The position numbers and the translations under genes are program-made. Shown piece after piece: positions 16,310 through 27,558 of a stretch of DNA of 33,548 nt. Source of the DNA: Campylobacterota bacterium (GTDB lineage: Bacteria > Campylobacterota > Campylobacteria > Campylobacterales > Sulfurovaceae); NCBI GenBank assembly GCA_034722955.1, contig JAYEOM010000103.1, positions 1 through 33,548 on the forward strand, read 5' to 3'. The first letter of the stretch is position 1. Each line of letters begins with the position of its first letter. The notes under the pieces were generated by a model. The model was not told where the DNA came from and did no database searches. It saw only the letters and a list, made by a program, of their open reading frames with translations.

Positions 16310-17490
16310 GTTAGCACCATTCTAGTTCCTATCCCCAACTTGGAGTCAACCTCTATATTCATGTTGTACTCATCTACAATCTTTTTGACAATACTCAATC
16401 CCACCCCAAATCCACCCTCACTACTGTTAAATCGCATATAGCGATCAAATATAAATGGTATCTTCTCTTCATCAATCCCTATACCACTATCTTCAATCTC
16501 CAACACTCCGCTGGAGAGAGCAATTTTTATGAAACCGCCTCGTCTATTATATTTGATCGCATTAGAGATGAGATTGTCTATGATTCTGATAAACTTCTTT
16601 CTATCCATAAGAAACTGCTCCCCTTTCAATCTATAACTCATGTTGATCTGTTTTGATTTTGAGAGTGCCTTGAAGTACTCTATACGCTCCTCTATGATCT
16701 TTTTGAGATCAAGCAACTCATCATCATTTTCTCTCTCATGTTCTAGTGTCAGATAGGTTAAATCTTCATATAGAACAGAGACTGTCTTAGCTGCGATTGT
16801 AATACGATCAAGTTTTTTACGATTTTTTTCAACCATAACACTCCTATCCATCATCTCTATATTGGCAAGAATGGTACTGAGTGGTGTATTGAGTTCATGT
16901 GTTGTATCTTTAATAAAGCGATCCAAGAGCACAATAGAGTCACGCATAGGTTTCAAAAATAGTTTTGCAAGAAGCAGACTAAACATAAAGAGGATTATAA
17001 ATGCACCAAAACTATAGATAATGATAGTTTTGAGTGTCTCTCTATACCATTGATGACTATCCTCTACCTCTATGATCAGATATTTTGCACCTAGATAGTA
17101 GTTGTCCAATATTTTTACATAGTATATCTTCTCCCCATGCTGATAGATCTCCTCATCAAATCTGATATATGCATTATCAATCAGAGAGAATATCTCTACC
17201 TCTTCCATATCATAGATAGCACTTTTAAAACGGTGGTCTCTAGGGTAAGTACGCCTCTCATCAAAGTAGTGGTGTAGTGTTTTGAGACGCTTTATCTGTT
17301 CATAAGCATAGGTGGACAAGAGTGTTCTCTGATTTGAAAACATCAGTTTCTCCTGACTCTGATAGTAGAAGAGTGACAAGAGTGTCAAGAGGAGAGTAAC
17401 CAACAATAGATAGAGTGTCAAAAAGCGTAAAAGTGACTTCTTTTCACTCCTCAGTAATGAATTTGTATCCCTGTTTTTTAATACTAACAA
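16303..17490 (-). CDS. Sensor histidine kinase (DccS-like)
   Basis: Two TM helices, FIKDTTHELNTP H-box, NLISNAIKY, DSGIGI and GFGVGL motifs. Exact start uncertain. Confidence 0.92.
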   Translation of the reverse strand: MLVLKNRDTNSLLRSEKKSLLRFLTLYLLLVTLLLTLLSLFYYQSQEKLMFSNQRTLLSTYAYEQIKRLKTLHHYFDERRTYPRDHRFKSAIYDMEEVEIFSLIDNAYIRFDEEIYQHGEKIYYVKILDNYYLGAKYLIIEVEDSHQWYRETLKTIIIYSFGAFIILFMFSLLLAKLFLKPMRDSIVLLDRFIKDTTHELNTPLSTILANIEMMDRSVMVEKNRKKLDRITIAAKTVSVLYEDLTYLTLEHERENDDELLDLKKIIEERIEYFKALSKSKQINMSYRLKGEQFLMDRKKFIRIIDNLISNAIKYNRRGGFIKIALSSGVLEIEDSGIGIDEEKIPFIFDRYMRFNSSEGGFGVGLSIVKKIVDEYNMNIEVDSKLGIGTRMVLTW

Positions 17491-18121
17491 TTCTCTCCTT
17501 GCCTATAATCTTACGCAGATTTTTTATGTAAGTACGCAGTGCTGTATCACTAGGATCTTCATCATAATCCCAGAGATGTCTATATATATGTTCATGCGAG
17601 AGTACCTCATCGGATGATTTCATAAAGAGCTTTATCAGCTTAGACTCTTTATTTCCCAAAGATACCGGTTTGCTATCGATAAGTAGCAGATTGGTATGAA
17701 TATCATATTTGATGGTACTGTTTATCTCAATATACTCTTTTTGTTCATGAAAAAAACTGCGTTTGAGCAGAGTCTCCATCCTGATGAGAAGCTCTCTGAG
17801 AATAAATGGTTTGCGAATGTAATCATCACAGCCACTCTCATACCCTTTTTCCAAATCCTCAACACTGCTCAGAGAAGTTATGAAGATTGCAGGAGCCATA
17901 ACACCACTCTCTCTGGCACCTTTAAGTACTTCAAATCCATTGAGACCTGGGGTATTTACATCTAGAAGCAGTAGATCAAATTTGCTCTCATATAGTCTCT
18001 CTTCTGCCTCTATACCATCAAATGCACACTCTACTTCATAGCCTTCATCTTCGAGAAATTCACTAACTGTCTCATTGAGATTGGCATCATCCTCTAGTAT
18101 TAAAATTTTTGCTTTTGCCAT
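17444..18121 (-). CDS. OmpR-family response regulator (DccR-like)
   Basis: ILILEDD, LLLDV, DDYIRKPF and winged helix LRTYIKNLRK..G. Confidence 0.93.
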   Translation of the reverse strand: MAKAKILILEDDANLNETVSEFLEDEGYEVECAFDGIEAEERLYESKFDLLLLDVNTPGLNGFEVLKGARESGVMAPAIFITSLSSVEDLEKGYESGCDDYIRKPFILRELLIRMETLLKRSFFHEQKEYIEINSTIKYDIHTNLLLIDSKPVSLGNKESKLIKLFMKSSDEVLSHEHIYRHLWDYDEDPSDTALRTYIKNLRKIIGKERIVSIKKQGYKFITEE

Positions 18122-18136
18122 TCTCGCCCTTGACAA

Positions 18137-18568
18137 TCAATCTGCATACTGCTGAACCCAATTTTGAACTCTTTTAGCAGTGAGGGCACCGCTGGTACGA
18201 TCTACCTCCTTGCCATTTTTAAAGATGACTATTGTGGGTATACTTCGGATAGCATACTCTCCGCCAAGCTGTTGATGCTCTTCTGTATTGATCTTAATAA
18301 ACTGTGCTTTTAGTGGCATAGCTATCGCAGCCTCTTCAAATGCCGGAGCCATTGTACGACAAGGACCGCACCAAGGTGCCCAAAAATCCACCACAAGCGG
18401 CAAGTCACTGTTGGCTAGGAACTGCCCAAAACTAGATGCATCAGCACTAAAGGGTCTACTATCAAGCAGTGACTTTTTACATTCGCCACAGTTAGCTCTG
18501 CTGTAGCTATCTTTTTTAGGTATACGATTTACCTTCAAACAGTGAGGGCATACGATATTAATATTCAT
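18137..18568 (-). CDS. trxC: Thioredoxin 2 with zinc-binding N-terminus
   Basis: CPHC...NR...CGEC followed by DFWAPWCGPC. Confidence 0.92.
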   Translation of the reverse strand: MNINIVCPHCLKVNRIPKKDSYSRANCGECKKSLLDSRPFSADASSFGQFLANSDLPLVVDFWAPWCGPCRTMAPAFEEAAIAMPLKAQFIKINTEEHQQLGGEYAIRSIPTIVIFKNGKEVDRTSGALTAKRVQNWVQQYAD

Positions 18569-18656
18569 TTTAAACTCTTTCAATCCTGATTGGTTTATTT
18601 GTGGCATTATCCCAAATTATGCAATAGAGTTTGCTGAAACTCATAAGTTTAAATTA

Positions 18657-19595
18657 TCATCGTAACATCTCCTCTAGAGTCACTTTGACATTTTTGCCTA
18701 GTGCTGTGACATCATACCCACCCTCAAGAGAAAAGATCACAGGGAGATCTGATCGATCCAAAATAGTACGAACTACTTTAGCAATCCCATCTGTGGTCAC
18801 ATTGAGTGATGCTAGCGGATCACTCTCATGCAGATCATAACCTGCTGAAACCAATAATATGTCAGGCTCAAATAGTGCAAAAGCCTTGGGAAGCTCCTCT
18901 TCATATATCTCTAGCAACTCTCTATCACTGCTATCGGGCATCATCAAGTGATTGGAGGTATACCCCTCTCCTCTCCCTTCACCTATATCACTCTCCATGC
19001 CTGTCCCCGGATATGCAAATGCTTGATGAGAACTAAAGTAAAAAACCGTATCATCTTCCCAAAATGTATCTTGTGTACCATTGCCATGGTGGACATCAAA
19101 ATCTACTATCATCACTCTGCTGTATCCTTGAGACTGAGCATAACGAGCAGTGATAGCTATGTTGTTGAAGAGACAAAATCCCATAGGGTTAGTCGGTGCA
19201 GCATGGTGTCCTGGTGGTCGTACAGCACAAAAAGCACGCTCAAAATGGTCTGCCTTAATCCCATCTATCGCTACAATACCTGCACCGACTGCCGTAAGTG
19301 CTGCACTATAAGAGTCTACACTACAGATAGTATCCGGATCTATTGCAGCTTGTGACTGGCTCGCTTCACGCACCCTCTCAATATGCTCTTGCGTATGAAC
19401 CAATCTCACTATAGACTCACTGACAGCTATAGGAGAGACTATCACCAATGAATCTTTCAATATATCTACTGCACTGTCGATTGCTCTCAACCTTTCTGCT
19501 GACTCAGGATGCATAACCCCTGTATCATGTTTCAGATAGATAGGATCACTAATATACGCTACTTTTTTTTCAATACTCTTTTGACTCTCTCTCAT
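18657..19595 (-). CDS. Histone deacetylase-family (Zn-dependent deacetylase) protein
   Basis: [37 protein letters not shown] and LEGGY motifs. ATG at 19595 is 7 nt after AAGGAGG. Confidence 0.93.
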   Translation of the reverse strand: MRESQKSIEKKVAYISDPIYLKHDTGVMHPESAERLRAIDSAVDILKDSLVIVSPIAVSESIVRLVHTQEHIERVREASQSQAAIDPDTICSVDSYSAALTAVGAGIVAIDGIKADHFERAFCAVRPPGHHAAPTNPMGFCLFNNIAITARYAQSQGYSRVMIVDFDVHHGNGTQDTFWEDDTVFYFSSHQAFAYPGTGMESDIGEGRGEGYTSNHLMMPDSSDRELLEIYEEELPKAFALFEPDILLVSAGYDLHESDPLASLNVTTDGIAKVVRTILDRSDLPVIFSLEGGYDVTALGKNVKVTLEEMLR

Positions 19596-19603
19596 CACCA
19601 CAC

Positions 19604-19618
19604 CTCCTTGGGGTAGCC
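19604..19618 (-). repeat. 15-bp solo end of the TWA-GGCTACCCCAAGG repeat
   Basis: Minus strand TTA then GGCTACCCCAAGGAG, an exact match to consensus. Confidence 0.75.
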
Positions 19619-19681
19619 TAAGCTATTCTCTATCAAATTATACTATTATATTGTAATAGATCTAAATAAGGATATAGAGTT

Positions 19682-20209
19682 ATGGCAAAAAGAGAACTGG
19701 TACTTGGTGGTGGGTGTTTTTGGTGTTTGGAAGCAGTGTTTGAACTGCTCAATGGCGTAGAGGATGTTGTGAGTGGTTATGCCAATGGAGCTATGGAGAA
19801 CCCTGATTACCACTCAGTATGCAGTGGTGAGACTGGACATGCCGAAGTTATCAAGATCAGCTATGATGATAAGATCATTAGTAGTGATGATATATTGAGG
19901 ATTTTCTTTGATATTCACAATCCTACGACACTCAACTCCCAAGGTGCAGATATAGGCACACAGTACCGCTCCGTTATACTCTATGAGGATAGTGATACAA
20001 AAGAGAGGGCTATCAGAGCAAAAGATGAGGCACAACTCAACTATAGAGAGAGTATCGTCACACTCATCGAACCTCTGGAGAAGTTTTATCTAGCAGAACC
20101 CTATCATCAGGATTACTATAGACTAAATAGAACACAAGGTTACTGCATGGCAGTCATCACTCCAAAGGTAGAGAGAGTCAAAAAAAGATATGAGACTAAA
20201 ATATTTTGA
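19682..20209 (+). CDS. msrA: Peptide-methionine (S)-S-oxide reductase
   Basis: GGGCFWC, TGHAEV, QG.DIGTQYRS and AE.YHQDYY motifs. Confidence 0.96.
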   Translation: MAKRELVLGGGCFWCLEAVFELLNGVEDVVSGYANGAMENPDYHSVCSGETGHAEVIKISYDDKIISSDDILRIFFDIHNPTTLNSQGADIGTQYRSVILYEDSDTKERAIRAKDEAQLNYRESIVTLIEPLEKFYLAEPYHQDYYRLNRTQGYCMAVITPKVERVKKRYETKIF

Positions 20210-20216
20210 TTTTTTC

Positions 20217-22268
20217 CTAAGATTTAAAATATTTTTTTTCTATCTCGTCTACAGGTATTGGTTTATCATAATAGTACCCTTGAATGATATCACAACCACT
20301 CTCTACGAGGAGCTCTCTTTGAGCATTTGTCTCAACACCCTCTGCAATAACATCAAGATTGAGTGCTTTTGCGAGATCGATTATCGCTTTGATGATCGCT
20401 GTATCCTCCCTCTCATCAGGTATACCTCTGACAAAAGATTGATCTATTTTCAGCTTATCTATAGGTAATCTCTTCAGATATGCCAAAGATGAGTACCCCG
20501 TACCAAAATCATCAATTGCAATCTCTATACCCATACTGCTGATCTGATTTAGTTTCATGATAGACTCTTCTGGTCTGTTCATCACCTGCCCCTCTGTAAC
20601 TTCTAGCTCTAGCCACTCTGGATGGCAACCATGATCTTCTATGCTTGATTGCAGTTTTAGTACAAAGTCGTCGCTACCTAGCTGTCTTGCAGAGAGGTTT
20701 AGTGCGAGTATGCCAGGGTCATATCCATCTCTACGCCATCTTACAATCTGCTTTATGGCTGTTTTCATTACCCATCTATCGATATCAACAATCAAACCAG
20801 TCTCCTCTGCCAGAGGGATAAATTTCGCAGGCAGTATCAACCCCATAGTAGGATGATTCCATCGGATGAGAGCTTCTACACCTACTAGTTTCTCTGATTT
20901 GGCATCTATCTGTGGCTGACAGTAGAGCATAAACTCATCTCTATTCATAGCTTGGCGTAGACTTGTTACCATCACCACACGCTCCATTGCCAATGCAGTC
21001 ATATCCGATGAGTAGAATTGAAAATTATTTCGTCCCTCTGTTTTGGCTTTATACATAGCTGCATCAGCATATTTGATGAGACTACTAGCATCTGCACCAT
21101 CCTGAGGATAGAAACTAATACCAATACTGCAAGAGGTATAGAGCGTTTGACCCTCTATATGAAGTGGCTGCAGTAGAACTTCATGAATTTTTCTAGCCAA
21201 TAGAGATGCATCTTCTATACTGTGCATATCTTCCATAATAATAGTAAATTCATCACCACTAAGTCTAGCAAGTGTATCCTCTTTATGAATCTTAGCCTTC
21301 AGTCTTTCAGTCACTGTTACAAGAACCCTATCTCCAATATCATGACCCAAGGAGTCATTGATCTGCTTAAAATAGTCTAAGTCCACAAAGAGAAGTGCCA
21401 ACATTGTATTGTGATGCTTTGCCAACTCAATGCCATGCTCCAATCTATCATTGAAAAGGATACGATTGGGCAATCCTGTAAGGGCATCATGATGTGCTTG
21501 ATCATAAAGTGAATCTTTCTGCTTCTCTATCTCAGAGATCTTTTTTGTTATATCTATCTCAAGCTGTTGAGTATACTGCTCATCTTTAAGTCTCATTTTT
21601 CTGATCAAAATATAGATAATAATCAGAAAGATCATATAGAGAGTAATAGCAATCGTAAAACCACTTATAAAGTCTGAGTAGAGTAGAGCAAAAAACCCAC
21701 GCTCTTTGATTTTGATATTTAACAATCCCCGCACATCGCCAAGTTGATAATCATACGCATTCTCGTATTTATCACGGATACTTGGTATAGCATCCTCCCT
21801 CTTGCCATGACATTGAAGACATGACTCTTTGACAAGCAGAGGTTTAGTGTAATAAAAAGCATTCTCTCTCTCTATAAATTTATAACTCTCTTTTGGATTG
21901 TCTCTAAAGTGTTGTATCATCTCTAATTCAAAATCATTGGCTATATTTTCTGGATTTCTTGGACGATCTGAAACAGTTCGTATCACAACATCACCTTGAA
22001 CACTTTCTGAGAAACGATCACTTATCTCTGGCATAGTCTTGATAGGTAGTAGATTGATACTCTTATCATCAACAACAATATGATGACGAAGAAAAACATC
22101 TTGGTAAGTTTGACGAAAAGACGATATAAATTCTGAGATAGATTGGCTCTCATTTTTGATGATGAGTTTTTGAGTATTATGGATCCGTTTATACTGATCA
22201 TAGGTTTCATAAGCTATTATGACAAACAGTAAAAGTGCCAATACGATGAAAAACCGTAAACTTTTCAC
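20217..22268 (-). CDS. Membrane GGDEF-EAL protein with periplasmic c-type haem (DUF3365/Tll0287-like) sensor domain
   Basis: TM, SDRPRNPEN.A..FE, CLQCH, Y.LGDVRG, TM; then SGDEF, EALIRW and DDFGTGYSSL. GTG at 22268 follows GGAGG; alternative TTG start at 22298. Confidence 0.88.
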   Translation of the reverse strand: MKSLRFFIVLALLLFVIIAYETYDQYKRIHNTQKLIIKNESQSISEFISSFRQTYQDVFLRHHIVVDDKSINLLPIKTMPEISDRFSESVQGDVVIRTVSDRPRNPENIANDFELEMIQHFRDNPKESYKFIERENAFYYTKPLLVKESCLQCHGKREDAIPSIRDKYENAYDYQLGDVRGLLNIKIKERGFFALLYSDFISGFTIAITLYMIFLIIIYILIRKMRLKDEQYTQQLEIDITKKISEIEKQKDSLYDQAHHDALTGLPNRILFNDRLEHGIELAKHHNTMLALLFVDLDYFKQINDSLGHDIGDRVLVTVTERLKAKIHKEDTLARLSGDEFTIIMEDMHSIEDASLLARKIHEVLLQPLHIEGQTLYTSCSIGISFYPQDGADASSLIKYADAAMYKAKTEGRNNFQFYSSDMTALAMERVVMVTSLRQAMNRDEFMLYCQPQIDAKSEKLVGVEALIRWNHPTMGLILPAKFIPLAEETGLIVDIDRWVMKTAIKQIVRWRRDGYDPGILALNLSARQLGSDDFVLKLQSSIEDHGCHPEWLELEVTEGQVMNRPEESIMKLNQISSMGIEIAIDDFGTGYSSLAYLKRLPIDKLKIDQSFVRGIPDEREDTAIIKAIIDLAKALNLDVIAEGVETNAQRELLVESGCDIIQGYYYDKPIPVDEIEKKYFKS

Positions 22269-22375
22269 AGCAACATACCTCCCTCCATTGGAGTTCAATC
22301 CTAAAACTTAATCTCTTAAAAACAATTATATCTTAATTGTTATATTCAATGATCCGTAGAGTTAATCTTTTCTTA

Positions 22376-22406
22376 GGCTACCCCAAGGAGATAAACACAC
22401 AAATAG
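22376..22406 (+). repeat. Complete 31-bp solo end of the repeat
   Basis: TTA then GGCTACCCCAAGGAGATAAACACACAAATAG, identical to 33425-33455. Confidence 0.92.
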
Positions 22407-22409
22407 ACT

Positions 22410-22431
22410 CCGGAGAAGAAGAGTTCTCCGG
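22410..22431 (-). terminator. Hairpin downstream of pckA
   Basis: CCGGAGAA-N6-TTCTCCGG, 25 nt past the pckA stop, followed on the minus strand by AGTCTATTTG. Confidence 0.6.
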
Positions 22432-22456
22432 TATAAGAGGTATTAAGAAAAAGGGA

Positions 22457-24049
22457 TTATATCTGTGGACCGGCTCCAGAGAAGTCAAACTCATCACCAT
22501 GTCCATCATAACGACTATAGTTATCAACAAACATTTTAGCAAGTTTTCTAAGAGTAGCATCATAAGCATCTTTATCTTCCCAAGTATTACGAGGGTTAAG
22601 AACGCTATTGTTATAAACACCTTGTAACATTTTTGGTACAGATAGGTTAAAGACATCTATTGTCTCAAACTCAGCATCATTAATAGAGCCATTAAGGATA
22701 CCATCAATACATGCTCTTGTATCTCTAATACTCATGCGTTTGCCAATACCATAAACACCACCAGTCCAACCTGTGTTCACGAGATAAACATTTACACCAT
22801 GCTCATCAATCTTGTCACCCAATAGTTTTGCATACTCTGTTGGATGTAGAGGCAAAAATGCTTCACCAAAACAGGCAGAAAATGCTGCTACAGGCTCAGT
22901 AATGCCTCTCTCTGTACCAGCAACTTTTGCAGTATATCCACAAAGGAAGTAATACATCGCCTGCTCTTTAGTAAGCTTACTAACAGGAGGCAATACCCCA
23001 AAAGCATCAGCAGTCAAAAAGATGATATTGCTTGGATGACCTGCCATCAAGTCCTCTTTGTGATTTTCGATATGTTCGATGGGATAAGAGACTCTAGTAT
23101 TTTCAGTCTTTGATCCATCATCATAATCTACTTTACCATTGGCATCATAGACAACATTTTCGAGCAGAGCATCTTGGCGGATTGCTCCATAAATTTCAGG
23201 TTCACTTTTTGGGTCAAGATTGATAACTTTAGCATAACAACCGCCCTCAAAGTTAAAGACACCATTGTCATCCCAACCATGTTCATCATCACCAATCAAT
23301 GCACGCTTAGGATCTGTAGAAAGAGTTGTTTTTCCTGTACCAGAGAGTCCAAAGAAGAGACAAACATCACCATCAGCACCCACATTGGCTGAACAGTGCA
23401 TTGAGAGTTTATTTTCAAGAGGCAACCAGTAGTTCATCATAGAAAAAATTCCTTTTTTCATCTCACCACCATACCAAGTACCACCAATAATAGAGATGTT
23501 TTCCTCTACATTAAAGACAACAAATACTTCAGAATTGAGTCCTTGCTCTTCATATTTATCATTGGTAGCCTTACAAGCATTATAGACAGTAAAGTCAGGT
23601 ACAAACTCATCAACCTCATCAGCAGGTGGGCGGATAAACATATTTTTAACAAAGTGTGCTTGCCATGCTATCTCTGTTACAAATCGAACTTTTTTACGAC
23701 TCTCCAAGCTTGATCCCGCATAAACATCTATAATATAGATATCTTTACCAGATAGTTGTTCTCTTGTGAGTGCCAAAAGCTCTTCATAAGTCTCCTGCTT
23801 AATAGGTTTGTTAATATCACCCCAAGCGATATGCTTATTAGACGGCTCCTGATCAACAAAATACTTATCTTTTGGACTTCGTCCTGTAAAGATACCAGTA
23901 TCACACATAGTTGCACCACTTGTTGAAAGTTTAGCTTCACCTTTGTTGACTTCATGGGCTTGTACTTCATTGTAGCTTGGATTATGATAAATCTTACCAA
24001 TATTCTCAAGTCCAAGAGCATCAAGCTCTTTGGGTACTCTTGTTGTCAT
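22457..24049 (-). CDS. pckA: Phosphoenolpyruvate carboxykinase (ATP)
   Basis: [34 protein letters not shown] and NFEGGCYAK motifs. Confidence 0.98.
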   Translation of the reverse strand: MTTRVPKELDALGLENIGKIYHNPSYNEVQAHEVNKGEAKLSTSGATMCDTGIFTGRSPKDKYFVDQEPSNKHIAWGDINKPIKQETYEELLALTREQLSGKDIYIIDVYAGSSLESRKKVRFVTEIAWQAHFVKNMFIRPPADEVDEFVPDFTVYNACKATNDKYEEQGLNSEVFVVFNVEENISIIGGTWYGGEMKKGIFSMMNYWLPLENKLSMHCSANVGADGDVCLFFGLSGTGKTTLSTDPKRALIGDDEHGWDDNGVFNFEGGCYAKVINLDPKSEPEIYGAIRQDALLENVVYDANGKVDYDDGSKTENTRVSYPIEHIENHKEDLMAGHPSNIIFLTADAFGVLPPVSKLTKEQAMYYFLCGYTAKVAGTERGITEPVAAFSACFGEAFLPLHPTEYAKLLGDKIDEHGVNVYLVNTGWTGGVYGIGKRMSIRDTRACIDGILNGSINDAEFETIDVFNLSVPKMLQGVYNNSVLNPRNTWEDKDAYDATLRKLAKMFVDNYSRYDGHGDEFDFSGAGPQI

Positions 24050-24060
24050 AGTTTCCTCTT

Positions 24061-25389
24061 TTATTTAAATATAGAGAGCAACACACCTGCTGCTACTGCT
24101 GAACCGATAACACCTGCTACATTTGGACCCATAGCGTGCATCAGCAAAATATTACCCGGTTTCTCTTCAGAACCAACCTTGCTCACCACCCGTGCTGACA
24201 TTGGTACTGCCGATACACCGGCTGCACCGATAAGTGGATTGATAGGTTCATCAGAGTATTTGTTCATAATCTTCGCCATGATCACACCAGCTGCTGTACC
24301 TGCTGAAAATGCCAATAGACCAATAAGCATAATACCCAATGTTTCCAATACGAGGAACTTATCCGCTGCCAACTTCGAGCCGACACCTAGACCCAAGAAG
24401 ATAGTAACGATATTGATCAGGGAGTTCTGCATCTCATTAGAGAGACGATCAACCACACCTGACTCTTTGGCAAAGTTACCAAATGTAAATGCACCGATTA
24501 GAGGTGTTGACTCCGGCAAGATCATAATAGCAAGCAATAGTACAAGGATAGGGAAGATCAGCTTCTCAAGTCTATTTACTTTTCTTGTCGTTTTCATAAC
24601 AATCTGACGCTCTTTTTTGTTTGTCAGTGCTCTCATTATCGGAGGCTGGATGACAGGCACCAATGCCATATAGGAGTAAGCAGCAACGGCAATTGCTCCT
24701 AGCATATCTGGTGCCAATCTATTGGCGATAAAGATCGAGGTAGGACCATCTGCACCACCAATGATACTGATCGCTGATGCTTCCTGTAGACCAAAGCCCA
24801 ACATAACTGCTCCAACTAATGCACCAAAAATACCAAACTGTGCAGCACCGCCAAGCAGTGCAGTTTTAGGTCTGGAGAGTAGTGGTCCAAAATCAGTCAT
24901 TGCACCAACACCCATGAAGATAAGCAGAGGGAAAAATTCGTTGGCAATACCCATATTATAGACAATACCAAGCATGCCATCCTCTCCTCCTATACCGGCA
25001 AGTGGAATATTGGCTAATAATCCACCAAATGCGATAGGGATCAGGAGTAGTGGCTCAAAGTTTTTGGCAATTGCCAAATAGAAGAGTATAAATACGATCA
25101 AGATCATAATCAAACGACCCAGAGAGGACTCAAACCAAGACATCTCTTTCTCATAAGCTGGACCTTTTGGTTCAGAAGTAGTCTCTCCATCGTTAAAATC
25201 AAAAAAAGCATTGATCCCTGTCGTTTTCCAAAAACTTACCGCTAACTCTGATATACTTTTTGGGGTATATGTACTCTCTTGGCTAGCTGTATCAGGAGCA
25301 GGCGGTGCAGCATTATCACTTGCATAGAGTACTGAACTAGAAGCAATCAAAGCAAAAAGTAGCGAAATAAAAATCTTTTTAAACATCAT
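24061..25389 (-). CDS. oadB: Na+-translocating decarboxylase beta subunit
   Basis: [37 protein letters not shown] and [14 protein letters not shown] motifs. Confidence 0.93.
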   Translation of the reverse strand: MMFKKIFISLLFALIASSSVLYASDNAAPPAPDTASQESTYTPKSISELAVSFWKTTGINAFFDFNDGETTSEPKGPAYEKEMSWFESSLGRLIMILIVFILFYLAIAKNFEPLLLIPIAFGGLLANIPLAGIGGEDGMLGIVYNMGIANEFFPLLIFMGVGAMTDFGPLLSRPKTALLGGAAQFGIFGALVGAVMLGFGLQEASAISIIGGADGPTSIFIANRLAPDMLGAIAVAAYSYMALVPVIQPPIMRALTNKKERQIVMKTTRKVNRLEKLIFPILVLLLAIMILPESTPLIGAFTFGNFAKESGVVDRLSNEMQNSLINIVTIFLGLGVGSKLAADKFLVLETLGIMLIGLLAFSAGTAAGVIMAKIMNKYSDEPINPLIGAAGVSAVPMSARVVSKVGSEEKPGNILLMHAMGPNVAGVIGSAVAAGVLLSIFK

Positions 25390-25391
25390 TG

Positions 25392-27185
25392 TTACTCCAT
25401 TGTAGCTAGTAGTTGTCCATCACTGACTGCATCATTGACATTGACACTGATCGATTTAACCACACCATCTTGTGGTGCAGTGATATCAATCTCCATTTTC
25501 ATCGCTTCGAGAATCATAATCTTATCACCCTCTTTGACACTATCACCCGGAGAGAGCAAAATCTTCCACACATTTCCTGGTGTTTGTGACTCTATCTTAG
25601 TACTGCCTACTCCACCCTCTACTAGAGTTGCAGTAGGTGCAGGAGCTGCTGCTGCTGCAGCCTCTGTTACTTGGATATCTGCATTACCTTCAGCTACCTG
25701 AACACTAAATTTCTTACCATCAACAACTACTGTATAATTTCCTGCCATATCTACTTCTCCACTATTATTTTCTTCTTCACTCTTTTTTCTTACCATCAAT
25801 GGACCTTCACCCTTGAGGAACGCTATACCCTTCTGATCACAAGAGGCACCGATAAAGATATTTTCATCTGTAGTCTCAAGCCCTTCATCTTCCAGCACTT
25901 TCGTCCAGTGTGCGATAGATTTGTTTTCATCTCTATCTGCGATATCCAGAGGATTTTCTGTAGTTGATTCAAGCTTGAGTTTTTTGCTTGCCAATGCTAC
26001 TATCTCAGGATCTGCTGCTACAGGTGTTTTACCAAAATATCCCAGTACCATTCGACCATATCCAGGTGCGATCTGCTTCCAAGGACCGAACATAACATTG
26101 GCATATGCCTGCTGCCAGTAAAATTGGCTGACAGGTGTAACCGAAGTACCGTAGCCACCTCGCTCCACTACCTCTTTCATCGCCAAGATTACTTCATCGA
26201 ACCTATCAAGATTGCCACTATCTCTCATCATCTGTGTATTGGCAGTCAATGCACCGCCAGGCATAGGTGAGAAAGGAATGAGAGGTGATACTTGAGTCGC
26301 TTCAGGTGGAATCATATAATCCTGAAGAGACTTATGCAGTCTCTCTTCATATTTGAGAATCTTTGGTAGCTCCAAGTCACCTAAGTTATAATCTGTACCT
26401 TTGGTAGCATGAAGCATGGTCAAAATATCTGGTTGGCTTGTTCCGCCACTGACAGGCGATGCCGCCATATCAATACCATCAGCTCCTGCCTCAAGTGCAG
26501 CAAGATAACCTGCGACACTTACACCGGCAGTTTCATGCGTATGGAGTCTGAGATGCGTATCATCACCCAATAGATTTCGTGCCATTTTTATAGTTTCATA
26601 CACTTTATGCGGATTAGATGTACCACTAGCATCTTTGAAGCATACTGAATCAAACTCCAGACCGCTATCTAATATATTTCTGAGTGTCTTTTCATAAAAT
26701 GCAACATCATGAGCTCCCTCACATCCTGGGGGCAGATCCATCATGGTGACGACTACTTCGTGATTGAGACCGTGCTTCTTGATACACTGACCACTATATA
26801 TGAGGTTGTTCACATCATTGAGTGCATCGAAGTTTCTTACTGTAGTAGTACCATGTTTTTTAAACATTTTTGCAAATAGATCGATAGTCTCACGACTACC
26901 GGTATCCAACATTACTGTATTTATACCACGAGAGAGGACTTGTAAGTTTGCTTCGGGACCTACAATATCACGAAACCTATCCATCATATCAAAAGCATTC
27001 TCCTGAAGATAGAAGTAAAGCGTTTGAAATCTAGCTCCACCACCAAACTCAAAATGTTTGATACCTGCCTCTTTCGCTGCCTCTACTGCAGGAAAGAAGT
27101 CATCCATAAGAACCCGTCCCCCAAAGACAGACTGAAAGCCGTCCCTGAAAGTGGTATCCATCACATCTATATATTTTTTTGCCAT
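25392..27185 (-). CDS. oadA: Oxaloacetate decarboxylase alpha / pyruvate carboxylase subunit B (carboxyltransferase + biotin carrier)
   Basis: [28 protein letters not shown] and C-terminal EAMKM biotinylation motif. Confidence 0.88.
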   Translation of the reverse strand: MAKKYIDVMDTTFRDGFQSVFGGRVLMDDFFPAVEAAKEAGIKHFEFGGGARFQTLYFYLQENAFDMMDRFRDIVGPEANLQVLSRGINTVMLDTGSRETIDLFAKMFKKHGTTTVRNFDALNDVNNLIYSGQCIKKHGLNHEVVVTMMDLPPGCEGAHDVAFYEKTLRNILDSGLEFDSVCFKDASGTSNPHKVYETIKMARNLLGDDTHLRLHTHETAGVSVAGYLAALEAGADGIDMAASPVSGGTSQPDILTMLHATKGTDYNLGDLELPKILKYEERLHKSLQDYMIPPEATQVSPLIPFSPMPGGALTANTQMMRDSGNLDRFDEVILAMKEVVERGGYGTSVTPVSQFYWQQAYANVMFGPWKQIAPGYGRMVLGYFGKTPVAADPEIVALASKKLKLESTTENPLDIADRDENKSIAHWTKVLEDEGLETTDENIFIGASCDQKGIAFLKGEGPLMVRKKSEEENNSGEVDMAGNYTVVVDGKKFSVQVAEGNADIQVTEAAAAAAPAPTATLVEGGVGSTKIESQTPGNVWKILLSPGDSVKEGDKIMILEAMKMEIDITAPQDGVVKSISVNVNDAVSDGQLLATME

Positions 27186-27200
27186 GCTACTACCTTCTTG

Positions 27201-27443
27201 TTATGATTTATTTTTTTTGAACTCTGTGATTGCGGCGATGATTGCAGCAGTTTTAGCTGAATCATCTGCTGCAGGTGCTGCAGTTTTTGCTCCTGCAGCA
27301 ACAGCTTTTTTCTCTGGAAAATACTTATTGATGATCTTCGCCTGAACTTTCATCACCTGAACCAATAGTGCCAAGAAGAGGAAAACAACGGTCATCCCCA
27401 GCACCATAAACTTAAGACTTTCACCCACTAGACTTTCTTCCAT
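27201..27443 (-). CDS. oadG: Decarboxylase gamma subunit
   Basis: MVLGMTVVFLFL TM segment, Ala/Pro linker and AAIIAAI motif. Confidence 0.88.
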   Translation of the reverse strand: MEESLVGESLKFMVLGMTVVFLFLALLVQVMKVQAKIINKYFPEKKAVAAGAKTAAPAADDSAKTAAIIAAITEFKKNKS

Positions 27444-27558
27444 CAGATAACCTTCTTATTTAACTTTTATTTCCCAATTTTAAAACATTTTTACTTATTC
27501 CAACTTAAAGCACCATCAAAAGATATGATCACACTTAGGATTGTTCCTATACTTCCAC

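Noticed and set aside
19563..19570. A8 tract near the deacetylase 5' end as a phase-variation site
   Set aside because: Short poly-A tracts are common in this AT-rich DNA and the ORF is intact.
22337..22656. ORFs 22337-22627 and 22378-22656
   Set aside because: They overlap pckA and the repeat end and have no recognisable coding signal.
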